Below are positions 11,401 to 18,660 of a stretch of 39,814 nt of DNA, piece after piece. The notes beneath the pieces are model-generated. The model saw only the letters and a program-made list of their open reading frames with translations, was not told the DNA's origin and made no database searches. The first letter of the stretch is position 1; the number at the start of each line of letters is the position of its first letter. Source of the stretch: a virus (taxonomy: Duplodnaviria; Caudoviricetes); IMG/VR virus record IMGVR_UViG_3300012267_000194, positions 1-39,814 of that record; one strand, 5' to 3'. A program made the position numbers and the translations under genes.

Positions 11401-14400
11401 TCTCTGAAAAAGCTACCGATAGTGGACAGCCGTGATTTGTCTACAATGTTAAGCGAGGATACAATTCCGCTTGTTGAAGAAAAACAATACGATTACATTG
11501 TAGATACAGTAGAAGAGCTACGATTTATTGGTACTAGCAGGTCTGCAACAGCGGCAATTAGTGTCGAAGTAACCAACGGCTCAATTACCGACATTACAAT
11601 AGATGAACCAGGTAGGAGATATAAAGACCTGGCTTACGAAGGAACTGGCCGCAGGAACGGACCGGCTGTTACTGTAAACGGTAATGGATCAGATCTTGAT
11701 ATCGACCTATTCATTAACAACTCGGGACAAGTTGTAGACTTCGATATTGTCAACCCAGGTCAAGGGTATAGTAATACAGTTCGCGTTGATGTAAGACCTG
11801 TAAATGCATTAGTACGTTCGGATTCAACAATCACAGGACGCTGGGCAATTTATTCGTTGAACCCAGCAACTGGCGAGTGGGAGCGTACAGAAACTCAGAA
11901 ATACCAAGTTAGTGACTATTGGGACTACATTGATTGGTATGCCGAAGGCGACAATCAGTTTACATTAGTTAATCACTTGATAGACGGAACTTACCAGCTG
12001 CCGTCTATTGACGACAGCATCGGCGACGTTATTAAGATATCAAATGTTGGGTCAGGCGGCTGGCTATTGTTACGAAAAGTTAACGATGTAGATACTGATG
12101 ACTTTACAGTTAACTATGACACTATCGGTCGTCAGGGCGGCACAATACAAATTAAGTCTATCTTGTACGACAATCCAGAAAACCTTGTAGGGTTTGACGT
12201 TTCTCGTTACGACGGCAAGTTCTTTGATAGAGAGCCAGCAACAGAAATTAGATTGATTATGAAGGCTCTTAAAGAAGATCTGCTAACAGATGATTTAGCA
12301 GTTGATTATAATCAGCTATTCTTTGCAAGCATTCGATACGTATTTGCAGAACAGTTAAACGTAAACTGGGCATTCAAGACTAGCTTTGTTAAAGCCAAGC
12401 ACAACGTTGGAGCACTAGAGCAGAGAATTACATTCCGTAACAGCAATTTGCCAAGTTACAACGATTATGTTGAAGAAGTTAAGCCTTACAAGACTAACGT
12501 AAGAGAGTACATCAGTTCACTTGATCGTCTTGAGGAAACAAATTCTGTAGTTACAGATTTTGACTTACCGCCAAGGTACAATCCTAGTGATAAGAAGATA
12601 CTACCGGTTCCGGTTACTGTTGAAGACAACCGCATCGTAGGTGCCGAATCGTTCTTTGGCGAGTTTCCAGACAAGAACTGGAAAGACAATGTAGGTTTTA
12701 AGGTTACAGAAATTGCTGTAGCAGATCCAGGCACAAGGTACAGGTACGCACCTGATGTAAGAATCGAAGGAGGCGGCGGCACTGGTGCAACTGCTCAAGC
12801 CTACATCGGTAAAGGCGGAGTTGTTCGTGTTCGTGTTATTAACAGCGGTTCTGGTTACCTAAGTACTCCGACAGTTACTATTGCTGCACCAGGTAACAAC
12901 GAAGGAGTACAGGCAAGAGCAACAGCTATTATAGGAGAGAGCGTTGTACGAAGCATGAAGGTAACTGTTAAGTTTGACAGAGTATCAGGTAAGGCTATTG
13001 TGCTTTCACTAGACCAGAGCAAAACAATCACAGGCACAGGTGTAAATGTGATCTTTGATTTGGATTGGCCTATGGACTTAACCGCTAGCAAGATCTCAAT
13101 TACAAAAGACGGCGAAGAAGTTCTTAGAAGCGAATACAGCTATAAAAACGTAGTAGACAATAGCTTGTCATACACTCGTTACAATGGTCAAATTGAATTC
13201 ACAAAGCCGCCTCTTGTTGGCGAAACTGTTGTAATAAATTACGTCAAGTCTCCTGCATTGCTAAATGCAGCAGATCGAATTGAGTACTTGTATGTACCAA
13301 CTAGCGGCATGATAGGCGCTGAGATTCCTCAGCTTATGTCAGGCGTTGATTACGGCGGCGTGGAAGTCAAGAGCTTTGACTTTGATACAGCAACAGGGTG
13401 GGACAACGACGAATGGTCAACAGATGGCTGGGATATCTACGATACTACTTACGAAGATATTGTAATTCGCCCAGACGGCACTACAGTTATATTCGAACTC
13501 GACGAACCACTTGAAGAAGGTGTAGAGTACAACGTATATAGAAACGGTGTTCGTATTGATGATCCAGCATACGACGGTTCCACTGTTGTAGACAACGAAA
13601 ATGCAGAAATGGAAACTATTGTCGGCGACGGTAGCACTACTAGTTTTGAGCTAGGTAACGGCGCAGACGGCGACGATGTAGTTATTATTCGCAAGACAAC
13701 TAGTGACGGTAGCTTTGCTCCAGATCCAGATAGCTATGATACACAATTATCCGGCGGCAGACTTGACTACGGTAACGCAACAGGACTGAACGCTGAAGAC
13801 ATTATCGTTGACGGTGACTTGTTTGTTACACCAACTACAAGCGCAGGTCCAGAAGAAATGGTACCTGGGCAAGTACTTGACACAGTAAACATCAAGGTAT
13901 TCGAGCGTGTAGGTGACGGCCAAGGTGAGATTATTAATCAGTCTTACATCACAGACGGAACAACAGCTACGTACAGCTTCGGCATCAGACCAAACAGCTT
14001 AGATGCAGTTATTGTAAAAGTTGATAACACTATTGTTGATCAGTCTCTGTATACAATTGACTACGAAAATCTAACAGTGACATTTGATCCTGTTCTTTCA
14101 GTAGCGCAGAGAGTAAGCATTCTAGCTGTTGGCATGAACGGTAACAATGTTCTAGACACAGACGCAATTATATCAGACGGTTCAACTACAAAGATTGTTA
14201 CTCCGATCGAGTCCCAAGACGACTATACTACAGTCGTGATGGTTAACGGTGTAGTGGTTACCGACCCAGATGTTATAATTATCGAGGAAGATAGCAGATT
14301 AGTTATTCAGTTTGCGGTAGCCCCTGCAGCCGGCGCGGTTATTGAATATGCAGTAACTGATCCACAAACTGAGATTCGTAGTTATAGTAGAGTGTTAAGA

Positions 14401-15948
14401 GACACGTTTACTGCAACTGGTGATAGTACAGCGTACAACCTTACACAAAACCCAGTAGAGCAAGAACCTGTAGAGTTCTTTGTTCTAGTTGATGTTGACG
14501 GATTCATAAAGAGCCCGGGCTACAGCAAAGAGTTTACTGTTGAAAGTACGAATACGGTAGTATACCAATTTGATACGTTCCAGATCCCACAAAGTACTAT
14601 AGATTCTGAACAAGTACGAGTATTTAAAAACAATGTTGAGCTTGATAGAAATATTGATTTCATTGTTGATTTCGCTACAAGTAGTATCAGATTAGATCCT
14701 AACGCTATTGAAGTAGGTGACACACTAAATGCTTACTACACCGGTGATGCTGACTACTTTATTAATGGCAACGAGCTTGAGTTTAGCGAAGAGTTAACAG
14801 TCGGTTCTATAGTTAATGTGTACCAGTTCTCTAATCACGATGTACTAGATATAGACCGTATTGGATATAGCGTATTCGAAAAAGATACGTTAACTCTAAA
14901 CGATGAAAACAATACAGTCTATAATGCACTAAGAAGCGGTACTATAAATCTGCGTAGCACAGCAGCAGGCGTACAATACGTTTGGGTAGCAGTTAACGGC
15001 AAGTTACTAACACCGTCAGTAGACTACAGCCTGTCAGCAGATAGACTTGTAGTGTTCATAAACGGTAATCTTGAAGTAGGCGACGAAGTTGACGTAATTC
15101 ACTTCAGCGCACCTATTCAAACACCGAGGCTGGCATGGAGTAAGTTTAAGGATATCTTGAACAGAACACATTACAAGAGATATGACAACGATACTGGCCA
15201 AGAACTAACAGCTTCGTTAATGCCAGATGATCTGTATATTGAAGTAGCAGATGCAACTACTTTACCGGTGCCAAGCAAGAGTGCAAACAAGCCAGGTATT
15301 ATTTTTGTGGACGGTGAGCGTATTGAATATTTCGAAAGAGATACAAATGGCAACAAACTACGTCAGCTACGTCGAGGCACGTTAGGCACAGGTGTTAAGG
15401 ACGAATACCCAGCAGGCACTATTGTTGTTAACAATGGCAGTGAAAAGAATATTCCTTACAGTGACGAATTTGTAAGCGAAGAAATTGTAAACAACGGTGT
15501 TTCAACGGTATTTGATACCAAGTACAACCTAGCTGGTTTTAATCTGAACTTTAACCAAACCTATAGAGACTTTTTTGAAGTGTTTGTAGGTGGTAAAAGA
15601 TTGCATAAGAATGCAGTTCAAACTTACCAGTTTGACATGGTAGACGAAAACGGTGATATTGTTCAAGCAATAGCACCAGATAGCCCAGCAGGCGACGTTG
15701 AAGTTGAAAAAGAGTTCGATATTATTGTAGACTCAAGTACCGGAAATGTTAGCCTAGAGATTACAAATCTTCCAGTAACAGAGGTACCAAATCCTGCTGA
15801 TCCTGATAACCCTACTATCTACAAAGATAGAATATTAATAGTACGTAAAACAGGAAGTTTGTGGAGCGACCAAGGGGTTGCACTCAAAGATTCAGACAAT
15901 GCAATTGCTAATTTCTTGCGCGGAAGTATAAGTAAGCTGCCTGAATAA
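2434..15948 (+). CDS. Giant 4504-aa virion structural protein (baseplate wedge gp7/VrlC-like, multidomain)
   Basis: 13.5-kb uninterrupted ORF directly after the gp6-like gene, acidic and rich in D/T/V/S. It contains 'INSGSGYLSTPTVTI' repeats typical of T4-like cyanophage baseplate/VrlC proteins, FG-GAP-like blades, CBM5/12-like modules and repeated 'V.VNG..L....DY' beta-sandwich units. The C-terminal 'DGERIEY...LRRGTLGT...AGTIV' motif is VrlC-like. Confidence 0.75.
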   Translation: MANTDQNDFPLPAGGEQDRKSANLLPKYFRTQANEKILGSTLDQMVQPGIAEKISGFYGRQTAKAYQSDDTYIEDISEQRQNRQLEPASVVKDDLGNVEFFSDYPDFINQISAFSGDVSNHSKLNTQEFYAWNPNVDWDKLANFREYFWLPNGPQTVSVFGQSQEVTSTYKVTIQDQGDNTTYKFSNRLAANPVLTLYRGQTYRFEIDTPGFPIAFTVDRNYTTPDPDEESENVSSEYIKGQKFFDADGNEVDPQYIENGVIEFTVPLQAPDHLFYLSESDINTGGFIKIFDIEENTAIDVGQEILGKSTYTSANGVTLTNGLKVTFLGNVTPEIYGTGDWYVDGVGTEIRLVSEAALLVPAGYADDVLVPWGSGRWDRLPFDNASSFAGTKDYIVVNRVSADRNPWSRYNRWFHSSTIAAAAGYNNVAEELDQSARATRPIIEFDPGLRLHNYGTEAKNDVDLVDDFTLDVFSNVEGQLGYNVDGVPLTQGQRVLFAADPDKRVNGKIYRVTFLRVNNRNQISLIEEPDCDPIEGEVVLVTNGNENAGKFYWYNGTTWKLAQEKTENNQSPRFELYDSAGNAFSDTVVYEESSFTGNTVFEYKQGTGSLDPELGFPLSYRTIENVGDLQFNFSLVNESFVYSIDQTLYTKNTDIGYLRRYTDLNTFTVQNGWAKTNKSSTQAVIRQYIVEEPTDRFEIDVYDRSSSIQDLEVKVVLDQDYQLLDVDYTIDRSEQTAAIVFNSVLPVDSNVILKVKSDTSKNDNGYYEMAYNLERNPLNNNIGEFTLGEVNDHVRTIVENVRGFSGKFPGTNNLRDLGQLDAFGRRFVQHTGPLNLASYHITNKEANIIKALRFNRSEYAKFKRVLLQTAEDLGFDGTPKQQLDLTLSRINASKTPAMPFYFTDMLCAAASRTLEYKVPAGGENFYALSEPFTLDELSAKSVLVYLNSEQLVHGRDYTFSNEGFVDISADLVQNDIIQVVECDTTDGSYIPATPTKLGLYPAYIPQKFVDNTYREPRNVIQGHDGSIVLAFDDYRDDIILEFELRVYNNIKQSYDTDLFDLDKFVSGDFRYTGYTKESIDRSMTADFVEWTTVAGNPDYTSGSGYDRTDSFTYNYTGTISPSGVQLNGYWRSVYIQAYDTDRPHTHPWEMLGFSVEPTWWQEVYGPAPYTKNNLILWTDLQNGIIREPGKAEIRYERYKRPTLLSHIPVDVSGNLLSPLASNYATSLVDRLSRAPFRFGDHTPAETAWRRSSEYPFSLITARVLNQPNTTFATGFDLSRMKRNQVGQIIYTETGKVLRLADIAFPNGTNADTRVSTSGLVNYIFDYLASSVQLQQDIYKDQLTRIDNQLCIKVGGFTEKEKFNLILDSRNPLNEGNVFLPKENYQVFLNTSSPVDVVSYSGVIVEKTPSGFVIKGYDRETPTFEYYTPIPSATDPVINIGGVSEQFVEWGPAKQYIKGQNVRNMSFFYRVLESHVSSDTFDSNKFRRISSLPQIGGRDATLRRNFESRLTELSYGTVLPTIQDVVDFMLGYEARLKEQGFKFEFFSSESGQVEDWTYSVKEFLFWTTQNWAAGSIITLSPGAEQVTFEREFVVVDDIFDNFYPYSLLAANGTKLDRRFSSIARSNQNEFGLKSTGTTDGIYHVRLPLVQKEHVILLDNRSVFDDIIYDQEAGYRQERIRVTGYRSDKWNGGLDIPGFVYDSAVVVDWEQWTDYSIGTLVKYKEFFYVSLFDIPGSSVFNTGAWKRLRERPESKLIPNFDYKINQFADFYDLDSDNFDVEQQRHAQHLTGYQKRQYLQNIINDDVSQYKFYQGFIQDKGTTNSLTKLFDALGTSDKDSLEFYEEWAIRLGRYGDTDNAEVIEFRLDESKFRLSPQPVELVNRLPVNSVDNIYRQRPFEIYAAPENYDSKPFPVVKKDPFELKSAGYVREDDVAYRVTNSIDVLNGDVSSVGYGDYIWVVGLTEDWDVLQHVRTVLKVTQIERLDNAQARITFDNSTIGLVVGQFLGVQNLSFVNNNFYQIESIKSNSVVVTAPSDVVIEDEENASGFVSTLRSVRVKDLEQAETVIQQQVTPGQRVWVDGESYNDWSVYENQEVYSKTNTIDNRNTENPGSAFARAIAASKDNTKVAIGDAAEGNGVVNIYTRATEANKLQFETLIEAPFLLQSTITLDTNNRFGSSVAISPDGNYLAVGSPEASDISSPFVGPYVAGDEYEDGDIVSYSAQYWEAQVAINPGNTEYPYVGSQSWKQVFRVPVSLNKPRNGLNNQGAFTVYERAGRAWNVQGTFVIPGTGENSFTGKDLDFAQQDELYRLFISTNSKVYVVKKGTDAEGTRFNWELDKDPQFRGEWAAVQSQIDFATGDIVSYLKDGETTLYKAKTVVSAGSTNPQGNSTQWELVDQSVTVEPFVPHVLTEEIYGDEVFVDEDLTEFAAEVTVSGNGHVMAITAVTKVFDETNLNALPVVTNRVLIYRIQDGRYVLRQVIDPTLPDTRFAESLSVSPSGEFLVIGEPGSDVYAYDQGRVRVYKQINGRFEHLQTLISPRDDLVEMFGFKVSATDSSISVTSFNGDMILPTVFDKNLSNETVFDNGLTTFSDKISNSGSVTVFDNVDGTFLYADALEYVDAKNSQFGESMVAVRNHIYVGLPRAQTDNTKGTMSDYRRERNSQSWFKIRTPNPIIDLDKMNEVFLFDTRTNQLVTYLDYIDVRQGKIAGPAAEQIDFRTNIDPARYNITDDERFFDEVNNWEDGFVGRVWWDLSTARFTNPYQGEAVYQSANWNRLIPGTRVDVYEWVASDVIPSEWDELADTTEGIARGISGQSKYGDALYSQKLKYDFVAKTFSNIYYFWVVNKFTTPNVETRTLSVGNIARLIEDPFQEGYRFASFMTDNRFVMYNVDSLVSGTDTALAVAYYTLENQEQNVHNEYQLLSEGLSTSLPKRDIERKWVDSLVGYDEQTRIIPDPTLSPRQKYGTLFSPRQSWFINKAEALKQVVERANISLKKLPIVDSRDLSTMLSEDTIPLVEEKQYDYIVDTVEELRFIGTSRSATAAISVEVTNGSITDITIDEPGRRYKDLAYEGTGRRNGPAVTVNGNGSDLDIDLFINNSGQVVDFDIVNPGQGYSNTVRVDVRPVNALVRSDSTITGRWAIYSLNPATGEWERTETQKYQVSDYWDYIDWYAEGDNQFTLVNHLIDGTYQLPSIDDSIGDVIKISNVGSGGWLLLRKVNDVDTDDFTVNYDTIGRQGGTIQIKSILYDNPENLVGFDVSRYDGKFFDREPATEIRLIMKALKEDLLTDDLAVDYNQLFFASIRYVFAEQLNVNWAFKTSFVKAKHNVGALEQRITFRNSNLPSYNDYVEEVKPYKTNVREYISSLDRLEETNSVVTDFDLPPRYNPSDKKILPVPVTVEDNRIVGAESFFGEFPDKNWKDNVGFKVTEIAVADPGTRYRYAPDVRIEGGGGTGATAQAYIGKGGVVRVRVINSGSGYLSTPTVTIAAPGNNEGVQARATAIIGESVVRSMKVTVKFDRVSGKAIVLSLDQSKTITGTGVNVIFDLDWPMDLTASKISITKDGEEVLRSEYSYKNVVDNSLSYTRYNGQIEFTKPPLVGETVVINYVKSPALLNAADRIEYLYVPTSGMIGAEIPQLMSGVDYGGVEVKSFDFDTATGWDNDEWSTDGWDIYDTTYEDIVIRPDGTTVIFELDEPLEEGVEYNVYRNGVRIDDPAYDGSTVVDNENAEMETIVGDGSTTSFELGNGADGDDVVIIRKTTSDGSFAPDPDSYDTQLSGGRLDYGNATGLNAEDIIVDGDLFVTPTTSAGPEEMVPGQVLDTVNIKVFERVGDGQGEIINQSYITDGTTATYSFGIRPNSLDAVIVKVDNTIVDQSLYTIDYENLTVTFDPVLSVAQRVSILAVGMNGNNVLDTDAIISDGSTTKIVTPIESQDDYTTVVMVNGVVVTDPDVIIIEEDSRLVIQFAVAPAAGAVIEYAVTDPQTEIRSYSRVLRDTFTATGDSTAYNLTQNPVEQEPVEFFVLVDVDGFIKSPGYSKEFTVESTNTVVYQFDTFQIPQSTIDSEQVRVFKNNVELDRNIDFIVDFATSSIRLDPNAIEVGDTLNAYYTGDADYFINGNELEFSEELTVGSIVNVYQFSNHDVLDIDRIGYSVFEKDTLTLNDENNTVYNALRSGTINLRSTAAGVQYVWVAVNGKLLTPSVDYSLSADRLVVFINGNLEVGDEVDVIHFSAPIQTPRLAWSKFKDILNRTHYKRYDNDTGQELTASLMPDDLYIEVADATTLPVPSKSANKPGIIFVDGERIEYFERDTNGNKLRQLRRGTLGTGVKDEYPAGTIVVNNGSEKNIPYSDEFVSEEIVNNGVSTVFDTKYNLAGFNLNFNQTYRDFFEVFVGGKRLHKNAVQTYQFDMVDENGDIVQAIAPDSPAGDVEVEKEFDIIVDSSTGNVSLEITNLPVTEVPNPADPDNPTIYKDRILIVRKTGSLWSDQGVALKDSDNAIANFLRGSISKLPE

Positions 15949-15951
15949 ATA
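15944..15951 (+). promoter_or_regulatory. Putative T4-type late promoter (AATAAATA); variant TATAAGTA at 15927-15934
   Basis: 7/8 match to the T4 late consensus TATAAATA, 25 nt upstream of the ATG at 15977. The TAAATA core recurs before other structural genes. Confidence 0.55.
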
Positions 15952-15976
15952 CACTTAACAGAAATGGAATTAAAAC

Positions 15977-16585
15977 ATGATAAATGAAATGAACGGCGTA
16001 TTTATACAAGGGCACATTAAGATCCATGACCCGGAAACTGGCGAAGTTCTTGTTAATAAAAAGAATGCCATACATTACGAGAACATGAGCATAGCGTTAG
16101 CTGAAAGTCTAGCTAACGCAGGTACCGGCCCTATCTCGGAGATGAGTTTTGGCAACGGCGGCACAAGTATTGATCCAACAGGGATTATTACTTACCTAAC
16201 ACCAAACTCTACAGGCGCTAATGCTAGTCTTTACAATCAAACCTACAGTAAGATTGTAGATGATCGTAATGCAAGTAATTTGGATCCAACAAGAAACAAA
16301 ATTGAAACAAGACACGTTAGTGGTACAAACTATACTGACATTATTGTTACTACTTTGCTTGACTACGGTGAGCCTAACGGGCAAGATGCTTTTGATACAG
16401 CATCATCTACAAACTCTACTTTTGTTTTTGACGAGATCGGTCTACGAGCTGCTCCTGTTGCTGGGCAAGCTAGAGGAAGGCTGCTAACTCACGTAATATT
16501 CCACCCAGAACAAAAGTCACTTAACAGATTGATCCAAATTGATTATACTGTAAGAGTGCAAAGCCTTAGCGGAGGTAATAGCTGA
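15977..16585 (+). CDS. Virion structural protein, probable baseplate/tail-fibre attachment protein
   Basis: 202 aa, lying between the baseplate giant and the fibre genes. The 'FVFDEIGL...LLTHVIFHPEQKS...IDYTVRV' C-terminus resembles tail-collar-fibre N-terminal (DUF3751-like) domains. Confidence 0.55.
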   Translation: MINEMNGVFIQGHIKIHDPETGEVLVNKKNAIHYENMSIALAESLANAGTGPISEMSFGNGGTSIDPTGIITYLTPNSTGANASLYNQTYSKIVDDRNASNLDPTRNKIETRHVSGTNYTDIIVTTLLDYGEPNGQDAFDTASSTNSTFVFDEIGLRAAPVAGQARGRLLTHVIFHPEQKSLNRLIQIDYTVRVQSLSGGNS

Positions 16586-18660
16586 TGGCATATTTTATAC
16601 GGTTTAGTGATAACGTTAACAGAGACCCAATTATTGTTGAGGACAGGGATGTTAACGACGAAGTTACCAGTTTAAGTTTTCCTGGCAAAGGCGTTACAGA
16701 GTACGGCAAAATTATTGCCGAAAACATGTTGCACTTGCTTGAGAACTTTGCGTTTTCACAGCCTCCAGAAAACCCAAACGAAGGTCAAACATGGTACGAC
16801 ACTACTACGAATGTAGATCAGTTAAAGATCTATGACGGAACACGTTGGGTACCGGCAAGTGGTATATTTAAAGCCACTTCGTCTCCAGAAGTATCAGATG
16901 CATTAGCAGGCGACCTATGGGCCGACACTGATAACGAGCAGCTTTACTTAGCAACCGGGTCAGGTTGGGTGCTTATTGGTCCTGAATTTTCTGCAGGGTC
17001 GTCTACAGGACCGCGAGCAGGCTTACTTACGGGGACAGATAACCAGGATTACGCAGTTTTAATAATCGACGTAGATCAAGCGCCAGCAGTAATAATTTCA
17101 ACTAATCAATTTATACCAAAGACTACAATCGAAGGATTTCCTGAGATATTTCCAGGCATAAACCTTAGTACTGTAGGGGCGCTAAAGTATTACGGGGTCG
17201 CTGAGTCAGCCGCCGCACTAAGAATACAAAACAAAAACGTTCCAGCAAACAGATTTTTACGCAGTGACATTGATACAACTGCTAATGGAATCTTTAGTGT
17301 TAGAAACAACCAAGGTATTCAAGTAGGCGACAACAGTCAGTTTTCTTTGTTAACTGACGGTACTAGATCACTGATTAGAAACAATTTTGGTGGCGGCGGC
17401 ATAGACCTGCAAGTAAAGCAAGGTGCCGAATTTAGAAGGGTAATGAGACTTAACAGTAACCCCGGCGAAACGCCAACAGTTGGCATCAATAATCTAAAAC
17501 CACAAGAAACATTAGATATAACAGGCACACTAAGAGTAAGCGATATTGTAACCCTAACTTCTACAGAAACATCAGACAGACCAAACGACGGCGCACTTCA
17601 AGTAGCAGGCGGCGCCTGGATTGCAAAGAATTTACGTGTCGGAACTGATGCAACAGTTTACGGGGACGTAGATGTTAAAGGGAATATAAGCGGAGGTGGC
17701 AACCAGACAATAACAGGTTTTGATAGTATTTCGGCTAGTACGTTTATTGGTAATTTCCAAGGCAACCTAACAGGCTCGTTTACAGGTGTAGCGGGTTCAG
17801 CAATTAGATTAGAAAGTCCTTCTACATTTAGTATTGCAGGCGACGTAGTTGCACCTGGTATATCGTTTAACGGCGCAGGCAACTCAACCAAAGAATTTAA
17901 TACTACTATTAGTAATGGATTTATTATTAACAAGACTGCTTCTTCGTTTGCTGAAGCAGACGACGAAGTTCTTGTTAATAGGGGATCGAGTCTGTTTAGA
18001 ATTAAACAAAGTGACTTTGTTGCAAGTGTTCCGACTACTCCGCCTGGTGCTATGATGCCGTATGGTGGTGCAACTGCACCTCCGGGCTGGTTGCTTTGTG
18101 ACGGGTCTACAGTTGAACGATCTACTTACCCTGAATTGTTTGACATTATTGGTCATCAATTTTTAGATACAGTTACGCTTCAAGACGACCTAGGGCTTAG
18201 TCCCTCATTATGGTTCGGTCTACCTGACTTCCGCGGAAGATTCCCGCTAGGTAACGATGCAATGGGCGGCAATAATGCTAACCGTGTATCTTCGTTGTCG
18301 GCCGAAATTGTAGGTAACGTCGGAGGTAGTGAAACAACCGACGTTACGAAGAGTAATCTGCCAGCACACGAACATGACTTGGTATCGTCGGGTACTAATG
18401 CAAAACAGTATTATGCAATCAGAGACGCAGCACTTGACTCGCTTAGCGATTCGCCAGAAGCCGAATCTCTTAATATAGAAACAGTTGGCGCAAGTTCTGC
18501 CACAGTATCAGGTATACCGTCAAGTGGTTCAATCCAAGGCGGCGGCACAGACGGCCCTGGCAATTATAGAGATGTAGCAGGCGAAGACTTAGGCGCTGCT
18601 CTTAATACAATGAATCCATATACAACAGTTAATTATATTATTTGCACCGGGAACGTATAA
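16585..18660 (+). CDS. Tail fibre protein with phage tail-collar domain
   Basis: Collar motif PPGAMMPYGGATAPPGWLLCDGSTVERSTYPELFDIIG...FGLPDFRGRFPLG, followed by 'NLPAHEH' and a terminal 'MNPYTTVNYII' as in T4 gp12-like/MdpB fibres. The N-terminal module is shared with the next two genes. Confidence 0.88.
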   Translation: MAYFIRFSDNVNRDPIIVEDRDVNDEVTSLSFPGKGVTEYGKIIAENMLHLLENFAFSQPPENPNEGQTWYDTTTNVDQLKIYDGTRWVPASGIFKATSSPEVSDALAGDLWADTDNEQLYLATGSGWVLIGPEFSAGSSTGPRAGLLTGTDNQDYAVLIIDVDQAPAVIISTNQFIPKTTIEGFPEIFPGINLSTVGALKYYGVAESAAALRIQNKNVPANRFLRSDIDTTANGIFSVRNNQGIQVGDNSQFSLLTDGTRSLIRNNFGGGGIDLQVKQGAEFRRVMRLNSNPGETPTVGINNLKPQETLDITGTLRVSDIVTLTSTETSDRPNDGALQVAGGAWIAKNLRVGTDATVYGDVDVKGNISGGGNQTITGFDSISASTFIGNFQGNLTGSFTGVAGSAIRLESPSTFSIAGDVVAPGISFNGAGNSTKEFNTTISNGFIINKTASSFAEADDEVLVNRGSSLFRIKQSDFVASVPTTPPGAMMPYGGATAPPGWLLCDGSTVERSTYPELFDIIGHQFLDTVTLQDDLGLSPSLWFGLPDFRGRFPLGNDAMGGNNANRVSSLSAEIVGNVGGSETTDVTKSNLPAHEHDLVSSGTNAKQYYAIRDAALDSLSDSPEAESLNIETVGASSATVSGIPSSGSIQGGGTDGPGNYRDVAGEDLGAALNTMNPYTTVNYIICTGNV

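Noticed and set aside
18642-18659. Upstream alternative starts in the ORF track (18642, 24318, 25135, 25682, 35728, 38461)
   Set aside because: Downstream ATGs with RBS or stop-start coupling, and paralogue alignment for the fibre, fit better.
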